Below, one piece after another: positions 41,383 to 51,203 of a stretch of DNA of 64,000 bases; positions within the stretch are counted from its first letter, which is position 1, and each line of letters opens with the position of its first letter. A program made the position numbers and the translations under genes. The stretch is from Vulcanimicrobiota bacterium (lineage in GTDB: Bacteria > Vulcanimicrobiota > Vulcanimicrobiia > Vulcanimicrobiales > Vulcanimicrobiaceae), in assembly GCA_963714015.1 (NCBI GenBank), contig OY970223.1, forward strand, positions 1,600,001 to 1,664,000, in the 5' to 3' direction. The notes beneath the pieces are model-generated. The model was not told the origin of the DNA. It worked only from the letters and a program-made list of their open reading frames with translations, and ran no database searches.

Positions 41383-41958
41383 TCAGTGTTTCTGCCCTCG
41401 CGGAAACGGTGAATCAACGTCCGAAAAGAAGAACAGCGCTCCATCCTCACAAACGAATTTTGAAGACGGCGAAATTAACGAGGTTCCACCATCAACGAAC
41501 CGGCCACCGCAGGAATATTTGCAGCCCGGAGTCGAGCGGCAGTCTGCCAAATCAATCGATTCGGCACCGTAGTCGGGAGGGACCGCTCCTCGACTCACAA
41601 AGACTGAGAAGGTCGCTCTTGGTCCTAACAGGGCCACTTTCAAGTATCGCCGATATTTGGGCTGCAAGCGGGCCTTGATCTCCGAGAGCCTGCGCCATTG
41701 TTCGCGGGAAAGTCGAGGTAACTGCGATTTGGGAAGATTGACAGACCAGATCGGCATATCTTGTGAAGCCGGATAAGCATTTGACTGCATAAAGGGGCTT
41801 CCCGGGGACGTCGGAGACTCGCTCGCAACATTCGACGTTGCCTCTACTCGGTGCGCAGAGCCAACACTATTGCAAGCGCAGATCGCTACCGCGATAAGTA
41901 GGGGGCCGATTCCCGAAAACCTTCGCAAATACCGCTTGTAGTCGTCCCTGGAAGACAC
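41383..41958 (-). CDS. Hypothetical Cys-containing lipoprotein
   Basis: GTG 41958; LLIAVAICAC lipobox-like signal; open to 41383. Confidence 0.55.
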   Translation of the reverse strand: MSSRDDYKRYLRRFSGIGPLLIAVAICACNSVGSAHRVEATSNVASESPTSPGSPFMQSNAYPASQDMPIWSVNLPKSQLPRLSREQWRRLSEIKARLQPKYRRYLKVALLGPRATFSVFVSRGAVPPDYGAESIDLADCRSTPGCKYSCGGRFVDGGTSLISPSSKFVCEDGALFFFSDVDSPFPRGQKH

Positions 41959-42040
41959 CCGCTCGCCATCGCAGCGCGCATTTGCACCTGGGTGGAGGGG
42001 CGAGAGATCGGTTTTTCTGACGGTGCGGCCTCGAGATGCT

Positions 42041-43688
42041 CTAAGGAAGATTTGGATCATTGTATTGCGACTTTGGTTCAGCCGGAGACCAGCTTGTGGA
42101 CTTGAGTATGATGATTGGGCACGTGCCGCCGTAAGTTCTGGTTGCGGTGGCCGTTTCGAGGAGTCCCGTTTCTCCGTAAATCTGGTATGGTGTCGTCGTT
42201 TTTGTTGGGAAAGTTTTCTCGTATTGCCCGTGTGGCCCATCAACTAGACACTGCACCGACGATTCAACCGTTGTAGTGCCCGTCATCGAGCAGTAACCAT
42301 AGCTGTCTAGCGTGCAGGGATCGAGATTGATCCCCTCGCTTGCGTAGGTCGCATTTTCGCCACTGTACTCCATGGAGTTCGGGTTACCGCTAAAATCCAC
42401 GAGAGACCCAAACCATCGTCCGTCTTGATAAGCTGATATGCTACATTGCGTTGCCGGAGCCCCAACCTTCACCGGACACGGCGGAACAATTTGTCCCATC
42501 TCGACCGATCCCCAGTGTACGGACGCATAGGGCTGAGGACAACCACCGAAACATGAACCGTCGTAGAAGTACTCGCCACCTTTTTGGCCGATTGACGTAA
42601 TTCGTTTTACGGTGCAGGCCACGCATGGCGTCTGCTCACCAACTGAATCGGTTCCACCCGGTTGCCATTGTCCCGGCGGAGGAAAGTATACCCATGCGCC
42701 GTCATCCCAATTTGTCTGCCCGGGTGGCCAGGGGCTCTGCTGTGGTGGTGGGTTTTCGGGAAGGCCAGTCGCAAGAAAGAGCAGATTTGGTATGATCTCA
42801 CCGAAGAAGACGCCGATTGTTCCAGTATTCCCAGGCGCCTGGGAATTGCAGTAGTAGTGTTGCGACTGGTTCGTCCACTGCGCGCCGTTTGTTACACTGA
42901 TGAACGGCTGAATCCCACCGTCCGGGTTGTATTGCAGCCCTGCGTCAACTGAATCCCCGTCGGCGCCAGTTCCACCCGAGTACGCGAAGCCATCATCGGG
43001 AAACCCGGCTCCATCTATCGCCAAGGCTTCTGCCCCGCAAGGGAGAGTCACGGTAAAGGCCGTTAATCCGCTCGACGATTGCTCTCGAAAGTATGGGCCG
43101 GTGCCGATGTCTTGACCTTGGCCGGGTGTAAGATCCATCTTCGTTCTGCCCGCGACCGGCTCTCCTGATAGGTTAAACGATTCCGATACCACAGACTTCG
43201 CAATTGCAGGACGATTTGAGAAGATCGTACCGTTGCCAATATACACGAAGTCGCCGCGCATGTTCCGGGGCATCGAACGCATCAGAAGGAGAGCCAACTT
43301 CCTTTGGGAGCCCGTTACAGAAGGATCAATGAAGCGCTCGATGTCCGCGTCGGTAATCTTCTTTCCGACGAGCGATGCGAAGCTCTGGGCCGACGAGGAG
43401 GACGATAGATGGCCTGTGTACCGGCAACGGTTTATTGCCAATCTGCTGTGCCGGCGATGTCGTCGAAATGGGTGCGGCCTGTGGAACAATCGTGTGAGAG
43501 CCTGTCGAACCCGTCGCTTGCAACGGAGGCGAATCAGACGGCAGGCGTACTGCTGACCCGCAACCCGAAAACGCTAATGTTGCAAGCAGCGCAACCAACG
43601 GCAACGCGCCACGTCTGGAGAAAAACGCAGCGGCGCGGTGGGTGGAACACGGAATGCTGGGACGTCGATCTGTGACTAAGCCGCGCAT
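42041..43688 (-). CDS. Large Cys-rich lipoprotein (YrpD-like core suspected), split by a frameshift near 43410
   Basis: LAFSGC lipobox in ORF 43326..43688; body in ORF 42041..43489 with GTGPYFRE, GFAYSGG, VDAGLQY. Confidence 0.6.
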
Positions 43689-44254
43689 AAAGCCCCCCGG
43701 TAGAACTCGCGTTGCGCTAAGAGGAAGGTTTGGCTTCCTTGGTAAGCCGGCTCATCGCATAATACAGCACCTTTTTGAAGCATGCAAGGCCGATTCAAAG
43801 CGGCAGAGCGGCGAGAGTTAGAATTGGTCCAGGTGTCGGGCTAGTTGCGGGCAACGCTCACGCGCCGTGAGAGACTCGGCGTTTCGAAGTCAGCCGTAGC
43901 GTCTCGCCTTGGCTTTCTTGGACTGGAGTTCTGAGGTCTCGCGCGTCTTGGCACGACAGTCCGCGCGAGTCCCCAGGCGATGAGCGATTTCGGTAGACCA
44001 ACACGAGTGCGATCCGGGAGCATGCCAAGCAGTGGACCCAGTTTCAACACAAACCACGCGCTGGTCAAAAACCTCGTTTTCCATGCAGGACCCACAATGG
44101 AATCCGAATAGCCAATCAATTTCGCGCGGTCATTTCTTGAACGCGTGAAACTTCGCACTGGATTTTTGGAACTCGCGTTGTTTTTCGGGACTCGCGTCTT
44201 CTTGCGCGCGTGAGGCATTGATTCTGCGCTGAGCGGGAAGGGTGAGAGCGGCCA

Positions 44255-44817
44255 TGAAGTCGACCGAAATGTATCTCGTCGAGCCGGCTCTGCAGCACCT
44301 TGCGAGTTATGTTGATGCTTTACAGCGCGGCTGGTCGCCGGACGGGACACCCGAAGGCGCTCAGCGGCGCTTAGACCGAATCGCTCGCAATCGCGATGGC
44401 TTTCTTGCGGCTGCACGCGATCCGTATCAAGCGGGAGTAGTCATCACAATGCCCGACGGCTCGCGTGTCGCATGCCCACCGGGTGTTGCCCGTTGGATAT
44501 GGGATGACGAATTTTGCGGCCAGATATGGCTGCGATGGTCTGGAAGCGGAGCGGAGTTGCCGCCGCACTGGTTAGGGCATGTCGCCTACGAGGTCGTGCC
44601 GTGGAAGCAACGCCGCGGCTACGCGACGCATGCTCTGCGGCAGATTCTGCCGGAAGCGCGCAAACTCGGCTTGCCGCATATCGACGTCGTAGCCGGCGTC
44701 GAAAACGTCGCTTCGCAGCGCGTCATTTTATCAAACGGCGGAGTTCTAGTCGAGCGACTTGAGAAATCGAGCACAAATGGAGGCGGTGAAGCGCTTAGGT
44801 ATCGCATCGCGCTGTAG
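44255..44817 (+). CDS. GNAT family N-acetyltransferase
   Basis: GHVAYEVVPWKQRRGYAT, NVASQRVILSNGG. Confidence 0.88.
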
Positions 44818-44927
44818 CGTCGCTTCGACATCATGGATGACGCCGGTCAGCGGCGCGGTCCTACCGGAGGAACTCGCCTCGGCCGTTGAATATAGCCGCT
44901 TGGATTTCGCTTTTTTGAAAGGGCGCT

Positions 44928-45839
44928 ATGACTTCAAGTTCGGGCACCGCGGACGAATCGCAACCGAATATTGAGAGAATCGTTCGAAAGTGCGGTTTGC
45001 CCAAGACGGCGTTTTTCGCGCTATGCCTCACCAGCGAGGCCATTCTTTTCGTGTACGATCGAACAAGCGCCTACATCGGGCTCGAAGCCTTTTCCTACGG
45101 TCTAATCCTTTGGCTTATCGTTCGCTCCTGCATCAAACGAAATGGCGAGTCGGAAGCCACCGCACTTAGAACGCGTTCTTCCGGGACGCGCCTCTACTTG
45201 CGGACCGCCGTTGTCGTGGCTACTCTGCTCTTCGTTGCGTACCAAACATCTTGGGGCGAGCAGCTTATCTTGCGGAGTCACGCGGAAGCACTCGTTCAGC
45301 GTTTGTCGTCGGCGGTCGGCCTAGGATACGGTGATAGCGCTCTCCCAAACTTCATCGTCTTCGTGCTCATTCCCGGAACTTTACTCTTCGCGCTCGGTAC
45401 GAAACCGATAGAACTCGGCCTAACAGCCTGGCGGAAAGGCAGTTGGTACGCGCTCATGGGCGCGTTCATCCTTCCAGCAATCTTCGCTGGTTTCTGGTTT
45501 GCCAGAGGACACGCAACTATCGGACTACTCATTTTGATCCTGGTGCGAAATCTCTTGAGTAACGGATTCAGCGAGGAGTTTCTCATGCGCGGAATGACGA
45601 TGAGCCATCTGCGCGCCTATTTTTCGAAAGACTGGGCCCTCGTTCTGCAAGCGACGCTCTTTGGTTTGCTCCACTTTGGCCAGCCACAAGGGAATTGGGT
45701 GGTGGCGCTCGCGTACGTAATTGCACTGAACGCTCCGATGGGGTTCTTCCTAGGGCTGATCGCGCTGCGATCTTCTAGCGTCGTTTTGCCCGGATTGATT
45801 CATATGACGCTGGATACCCTAAAAGATCTGGTAATGTAG
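44928..45839 (+). CDS. CPBP (Abi/CAAX) intramembrane protease
   Basis: EEFLMRG, FGLLH, GLIHMTLD; multi-TM. Confidence 0.88.
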   Translation: MTSSSGTADESQPNIERIVRKCGLPKTAFFALCLTSEAILFVYDRTSAYIGLEAFSYGLILWLIVRSCIKRNGESEATALRTRSSGTRLYLRTAVVVATLLFVAYQTSWGEQLILRSHAEALVQRLSSAVGLGYGDSALPNFIVFVLIPGTLLFALGTKPIELGLTAWRKGSWYALMGAFILPAIFAGFWFARGHATIGLLILILVRNLLSNGFSEEFLMRGMTMSHLRAYFSKDWALVLQATLFGLLHFGQPQGNWVVALAYVIALNAPMGFFLGLIALRSSSVVLPGLIHMTLDTLKDLVM

Positions 45840-45921
45840 AGCTTCGTTTCGCGTCGGCGCGGAATGCATGGCGGCAAACGTACTTGTGATACGAATGGAA
45901 GACGGTTGGTCAAGAGGCAAA

Positions 45922-46440
45922 ATGCTGGACCACGTTTCGATTGGCGTAAGCGACCTGGATCGTTCTATACGATTTTACGATACGTGCTCGTGCCGCTGGG
46001 GTACAAACGGGTATGGAGCGACGGCGATGCCGCCGGTTGTGGCATCGATGGGAAAGACGAAGCATTTGCGATCAAAAAGGACGCTATAGGCCACGTCAAG
46101 CAAAGCGTCCGATTTCATATAGCGTTTATCGCGCCAAACCAGCGATCGGTGATGGATTTTCACGATGTTGCCTGCAGCCTCGGAGCGATATCCGATGGGG
46201 AGCCGGAACTGCATCCATTATACGGAAAAGAATACTTTGCGGCATTCATTATCGATCCCGATGGCCACCGCATTGAAGCAGTGACCATGGACAACCTCGA
46301 ATTAAGGCCGGCTCGGCCTGATGATCGGAGAATCATCGAACTCGTCTATTTCGGAAGTCAGCCGCTAGCCATTGAGCGATTGTTCGGGTGGCGCCGAGAC
46401 GAAGCGGAACGCTGGAAGTTCGCCGAATCGTACAGGCCGG
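45922..46440 (+). pseudogene. Second VOC protein (frameshift near 45983) reading into a truncated GNAT-like N-terminus
   Basis: MLDHVSIGV...FYDT / VLVPLGY...DPDGHRIEAVT followed in frame by MDNLELRPARPDD...ERLFGWRR. Confidence 0.6.
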
Positions 46441-46747
46441 GTTTACATGCGATCGTATCTGGGGTCCTTCATCTACGTGTCGGCGAAGATTCCGTCATCT
46501 TCCTCAGCGGCGGTCGAAGGCGACGTGGCGTTGGACGGACATGCCCGCACGTACATGAATCGGTCCGCCGACGGCGCGTTCCGCCTTGGTGTGGTCACGC
46601 GACTTGTCGTGGGCAAGATCGGCCCCCGGTCCAGCGGAATCCGGTAGACAGGGGCGCTCCGCGGCGCCAAACGCGGCACGAGGCCGGAGCGATTCCAAAA
46701 GCTTGCGACGCTCGCGATGGAAAGGCAGATCGCCTTCGTTTTTCTCG

Positions 46748-47104
46748 TTAGAGTGGTGAGACGCTCCAAGGAGGCGCGTCGGTAAACGATGCACTTCGCG
46801 CCCAGCAGTCGTTGTTGCTCACTTTCCCTATCGGCATTTGCGTGAGTGAGAGGTTCGGTTCGTAAGGGATGCCGATAGCATTGGCGGCGCTCGTGTGTGG
46901 TGGGATTGGAATGTTGAATTCGAACTCGTGCGCGCTCACGAGAACGCCTATTTGCTTGATGTGGCTTCCCGAGGCGTTGAAGAGAACTGCTCGCAAGCGT
47001 GGGTGTTGCCTCGGGCCGGCTATGATTGAACAGTTCGTCGCGCTTACCGGGCTACACGCAGCGAGGCTAATGAGCAGCCACGCCGCCGCGGATTCTCGAG
47101 TCAT
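46748..47104 (-). CDS. Small hypothetical lipoprotein
   Basis: LISLAAC lipobox; 118 aa. Confidence 0.55.
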   Translation of the reverse strand: MTRESAAAWLLISLAACSPVSATNCSIIAGPRQHPRLRAVLFNASGSHIKQIGVLVSAHEFEFNIPIPPHTSAANAIGIPYEPNLSLTQMPIGKVSNNDCWARSASFTDAPPWSVSPL

Positions 47105-47575
47105 CGCCGCAACGTTTCGAGGCTGCCGATTGTGCTAACCTTGGGCGAGCCGCGCGTTGCCCGCTGTATGCACGATCGCTACAGCGGAGTTTCGGCGGAG
47201 CCGGCTCGAGCGTAACTCGTTGGTCGTCCAGGTTCGAAGGCAAAACCTGGGAAGATATCTACGACGATTCCGGAAACCGTGAAATCAACGGCGGGACAAG
47301 ATGGGGGATGTTCGAGATACACTCCCAATTCTTCTACGACGGCGACTGCCTTGAACAACGCGAACTCGGGCCGAAGCAGTAGGTGGTTGGACCAGATTGC
47401 CTACAACTATCAACTGGCTTGTCGACATAGTGATGGAAGCAACCCCGATCCGAGGTCGCGTCCCGGCGCCTATGTCGACGCCGTGCAGCGTGCATACGTC
47501 CCGTTGTCGACACGCACGCCAGTTCCCGACCATCGAATACTCCGGTTCCCGAAGTCTCGGAGATTAAGGTTTTTT

Positions 47576-48358
47576 ATGTCGCATCGCACGCCGTCATCCA
47601 TCCTGGCCGCTTCGGTTCTCCTGTGGCTCACTGGCTGCGGTGGGGACGCTGGTGCGGGCGGCACGCCCGGTGGGACGCCTTCGCCCCCGATCATTACCCT
47701 TAACCCAACGTCTACGCTTCCCGCGTCGGGAGCGACCTGGGTGTACGAGCAACACATTGTCAGCAGTTCCGACACAACGCTAAACGGCGAATCTGGTCCA
47801 CTGACTATTACCTATACCGGTACAAACGCTTACCGCGGCGGTCAGTATTACACGCTTACGTATCAAAGCATCGCCGGGCCTCCGTTTCCAACGAACTACT
47901 TCCAAATGGCCGCGGGTGGAAGTTTTTCAGAATTTGCTGGGGCCTTTTACAACTTCCCAATCGTACCTGGTTGCCTGCAGGGCCCTCAGGTTGAAGACGT
48001 GCTCTCGAAGCCACTGAACTTCAATTCGCCTGGAACATCAACCGTGACAGAGACAATCTACCAGTGCGGTTCCTCACCCCAATCGCAACAGGCCTCTGTC
48101 TCCGTCCATGACGGCGGCACAACAATCGTCACGACGTCCGGTGGACGATTCAATGCACACGTATACACTGGAGTGTACGACTCGTTCGGCGGGCAAACGA
48201 CATATACCAATTACGTAGCGGCGGACGTCATCGTCGAGCGTAGGGTAACCTTTTCCGGTAGCCAGACAACCACAGGGACGAGCGTAACCGAATATGAAAG
48301 CGGGCCTTTAAACGTCGCGTTTCCGGGTCTTTCAATGCTGTTGGCGCAAAGCTGGTGA
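47576..48358 (+). CDS. Hypothetical Ser/Thr-rich lipoprotein
   Basis: AAGG SD, ATG 47576, LWLTGCGG lipobox. Confidence 0.7.
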   Translation: MSHRTPSSILAASVLLWLTGCGGDAGAGGTPGGTPSPPIITLNPTSTLPASGATWVYEQHIVSSSDTTLNGESGPLTITYTGTNAYRGGQYYTLTYQSIAGPPFPTNYFQMAAGGSFSEFAGAFYNFPIVPGCLQGPQVEDVLSKPLNFNSPGTSTVTETIYQCGSSPQSQQASVSVHDGGTTIVTTSGGRFNAHVYTGVYDSFGGQTTYTNYVAADVIVERRVTFSGSQTTTGTSVTEYESGPLNVAFPGLSMLLAQSW

Positions 48359-48771
48359 TAGTTCATCGGTCCGCCGCGCCACTGTCCGACAGCGTTCATC
48401 ACGCGCATCGAAGGAGCGGCGCTACCGCGCAGTAATTTGCGCAAGGGCAGGACAACGTGCAGTGGTTCGACGGCGTCGCGGTATAGGCCGTGTGATCGGG
48501 TAACCGCCGCAGCCGAACGGCGGGGGTAATTGCGAAGGCGTCTGTTCCAACATTTTCAATTGCGTATCATGTGCGGCTGCAAATGAGGAATTCTATATGG
48601 TTATGGCGATCCGAACAGTCTAACGACCGTACCGCATACCGCAGGCGATTCTCAAAGTAATTTTTTCCGTTCGTTCTGGGATGCGGGAGGCCGCGGTGGT
48701 CGAAGGCGTCAAACGTGAGTCATGCACCTCCGGCCCATTTTTACGGTTATAGTCGCCGCGGTCGCTCCGAG

Positions 48772-48798
48772 TGTCGGCTCCGGTCTCGCCCAAACGTC
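48772..48798 (+). promoter_or_regulatory. ECF42-type promoter
   Basis: TGTCGG-N17-CGTC upstream of the YciI-sigma operon. Confidence 0.65.
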
Positions 48799-48824
48799 TA
48801 TAAGGTACAAAGGAGACAAGAACC

Positions 48825-49157
48825 ATGAGTGAATTCGTGTACCTCTACCGCGGCGGGCGGCGCCCGGAATCCCCGGCGGAGGGCGAGCAGGTGATGCAAA
48901 AGTGGGGCGCTTGGCTGCAATCGCTGGCCGACGGCGGTCATCTCATCGATCGCGGGCAGCCGCTCGAGCCCGATGGGAAAGTCGTACGGAAGAAGTCGGC
49001 CGTCACCGACGGTCCTTTCGCGGAATCAAAGGACATCGTCGGCGGCTTCTCTCTCGTCAATGCAAAAGATCTGGCTGAAGCAGCGCAGCTCGCGTCGGGA
49101 TGCCCAATCTTCGAGCATGAGGGGTTGGTCGAAGTGCGCCCCGTTCTGAAAATGTAA
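48825..49157 (+). CDS. YciI/DGPF family protein
   Basis: VTDGPFAESKDIVGGF, VEVRPV; AGGAG SD. Confidence 0.92.
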   Translation: MSEFVYLYRGGRRPESPAEGEQVMQKWGAWLQSLADGGHLIDRGQPLEPDGKVVRKKSAVTDGPFAESKDIVGGFSLVNAKDLAEAAQLASGCPIFEHEGLVEVRPVLKM

Positions 49158-50402
49158 ATGGACAACGGCGAGCATCTCTTCCGGCGTGAGTCGGGGCGGA
49201 TCGTCGCCGCACTCACCCGCATGCTCGGGCTCCACAACGTCGCGATGGCGGAAGACGTAGCACAAGACGTCTTCTGCCGCGCGCTGGAGGTATGGAAGCT
49301 TCGCGGCGTGCCCGACAATCCGTCTGCGTGGCTCATGACGGCGGCGAAAAACCGCGCAGTCGATCTGCTTCGTCGCGATCGGACTGCGAGGTCGGTGCAT
49401 GCCGGACTAGGTCGTCTGCTCGAAAGCGAATGGACGCGCGTTACAACGGTCAAGGAGCACTTCTCCGGCGAAGCGATCCGGGACGGCGAGTTGCGCGTGA
49501 TGTTCTCTTGCTGCGATCCGGCCATCAGCGAACAGACCCAAGTGGCGCTCATTCTTTCGCTGCTTTGCGGATTCGGCGTTGCCGAAATTGCGGCGGCCTT
49601 CCTCGCAAAACGCGGCGCTATGGAAAAGCGAATCGAGCGTGGGAAAAAGATGCTGGCAGCTTCGCAAACGCTGTTCGACTTCGCGGATGCGGAATTTGCC
49701 GGCCGGCTCTGCGCGGTGCAGCGTGCCGTTTATCTCTTGTTCAACGAAGGATACCACGGTGCGTCGCCCAGAGGAGCGGTTCGCAGCGAGCTTTGCGGCG
49801 AGGCGCTGCGATTAGGCGCGATCCTTTCGGAGGCGCCGCTTACCGCAATGCCTTCGACGCTGGCCCTTTGTGCGCTTATGTGCTTTCACGCCAGCCGTCT
49901 TCGCGCGCGCCTCGGTTCCGACGGAAGCCTCATCGCACTGGCGGATCAAGACCGTTCGCTCTGGGACAAGACGCTCATCCGTCGCGGGCAGGCCTACCTC
50001 GAGCGCGCAGCCGAGGGGACCGACGTTACGGAATATCACCTCGAAGCAGCGATCGCCGGTGCACACTGTCTGGCGGAAAGTGCGGCCACGACGGACTGGG
50101 AGCGCATCGTCTGGCTGTACGATGCCCTGATGCAGCTTCGGCCCTCTCCCGTGGTCGCGCTAAATCGCGCGATCGCCGTCGCGCAACTCCGCGGCCCGCT
50201 GGCCGGCATCGAGGCCATCCTCGCAATTGACGGCCGCGAAGAACTGGCCGCATATCCGTTTTTCCCTGCTGCGCTTGCTGAATTGCAACTTCGTGCCGGC
50301 GGCAACGAAAAGGCCCGCGAATACTTTGAGCAGGCGATTGCGCTCGCTCGGAATTCGGAGGAGCGCCGCTTCTTGGAACGCCGTCTGCTTTCGACCTTAT
50401 GA
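49158..50402 (+). CDS. ECF42-type sigma factor with C-terminal TPR extension
   Basis: AEDVAQD, GVPDNPSAWL, CCDPAI, YLLFNEGY, QDRSLWD, SPVVALNRAIA; coupled to a DGPF gene. Confidence 0.92.
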   Translation: MDNGEHLFRRESGRIVAALTRMLGLHNVAMAEDVAQDVFCRALEVWKLRGVPDNPSAWLMTAAKNRAVDLLRRDRTARSVHAGLGRLLESEWTRVTTVKEHFSGEAIRDGELRVMFSCCDPAISEQTQVALILSLLCGFGVAEIAAAFLAKRGAMEKRIERGKKMLAASQTLFDFADAEFAGRLCAVQRAVYLLFNEGYHGASPRGAVRSELCGEALRLGAILSEAPLTAMPSTLALCALMCFHASRLRARLGSDGSLIALADQDRSLWDKTLIRRGQAYLERAAEGTDVTEYHLEAAIAGAHCLAESAATTDWERIVWLYDALMQLRPSPVVALNRAIAVAQLRGPLAGIEAILAIDGREELAAYPFFPAALAELQLRAGGNEKAREYFEQAIALARNSEERRFLERRLLSTL

Positions 50403-50507
50403 GCGCGCCGTAGCGCCCCCGCTAAACAAGTCGTTACAGCGATCACGAAACCTTCCGATCCACTCTAGCGTACATTGGTCACATCCCTCGTTCTCAGGGA
50501 GGATTCG

Positions 50508-50963
50508 ATGGCTTCGCTCTCAGCGGCAATCCCGGCATCGGCTGCGCCAACGCGCGAGGTGTCGCTACTCCATCTATATCTCCTGAGATCGGCGTACCTG
50601 CTATTGATTATCGGTCTCGGTACCTCCGTGTGGCCGGCAATGATTGCACATACCACATGGCCGCTAACGCTCAGCCCTTGGCGCGGCGTCGGAAACAGTT
50701 TGCTGGCTGCGCTACCGATTCTCGCGGTATTCGGACTTCGCTACCCGCTGAAAATGTTGCCGCTGCTGATCTTCGAAGCGACTTGGAAATCGATCTGGCT
50801 GCTAGCCGTTGCGTTCCCAATTTGGATAACCCATGGCCCAATCGATGACGCGCTGGCAGCAACGATTCGAGCCTGTCTCATGGGCGTAGCCTTTTATCTC
50901 GTTATTCCGTGGCGCTATGTTTTTGCGACCTTCGTGCAGCAAGCCGGAGATCGGTGGAAATGA
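50508..50963 (+). CDS. Conserved hypothetical membrane protein
   Basis: GGGAGG SD; 4 TM; GLRYPLKMLPLLIFE. Confidence 0.75.
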   Translation: MASLSAAIPASAAPTREVSLLHLYLLRSAYLLLIIGLGTSVWPAMIAHTTWPLTLSPWRGVGNSLLAALPILAVFGLRYPLKMLPLLIFEATWKSIWLLAVAFPIWITHGPIDDALAATIRACLMGVAFYLVIPWRYVFATFVQQAGDRWK

Positions 50964-51203
50964 CAATAGTTGGAATTGATGTTCCCGGTCCCGAACACTT
51001 CGCGTGATAGGTTTCGTCGCGAAAAGCAGAATCGAATTTTTCGGAACCGCCCTATTTTTGGAATTCTCGGGGAATCGAGCACAATGGAGGGGGGTGAAGC
51101 GCTCACGTATCGCACCGCATTGTAACGCTGTGGTTTGCGCTGAACAAAGTTGCCCCGATCGTCTGAGCGGGAAGCAACATGCGCGCCCTGAACGCATGTG
51201 ACA

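Noticed and set aside
44182..44194. TTTTCGGGACTCG as the attR copy of the ssrA 3' end (TTTTCGGACTCG)
   Set aside because: Short, gapped match that does not extend into the T-arm or acceptor end.
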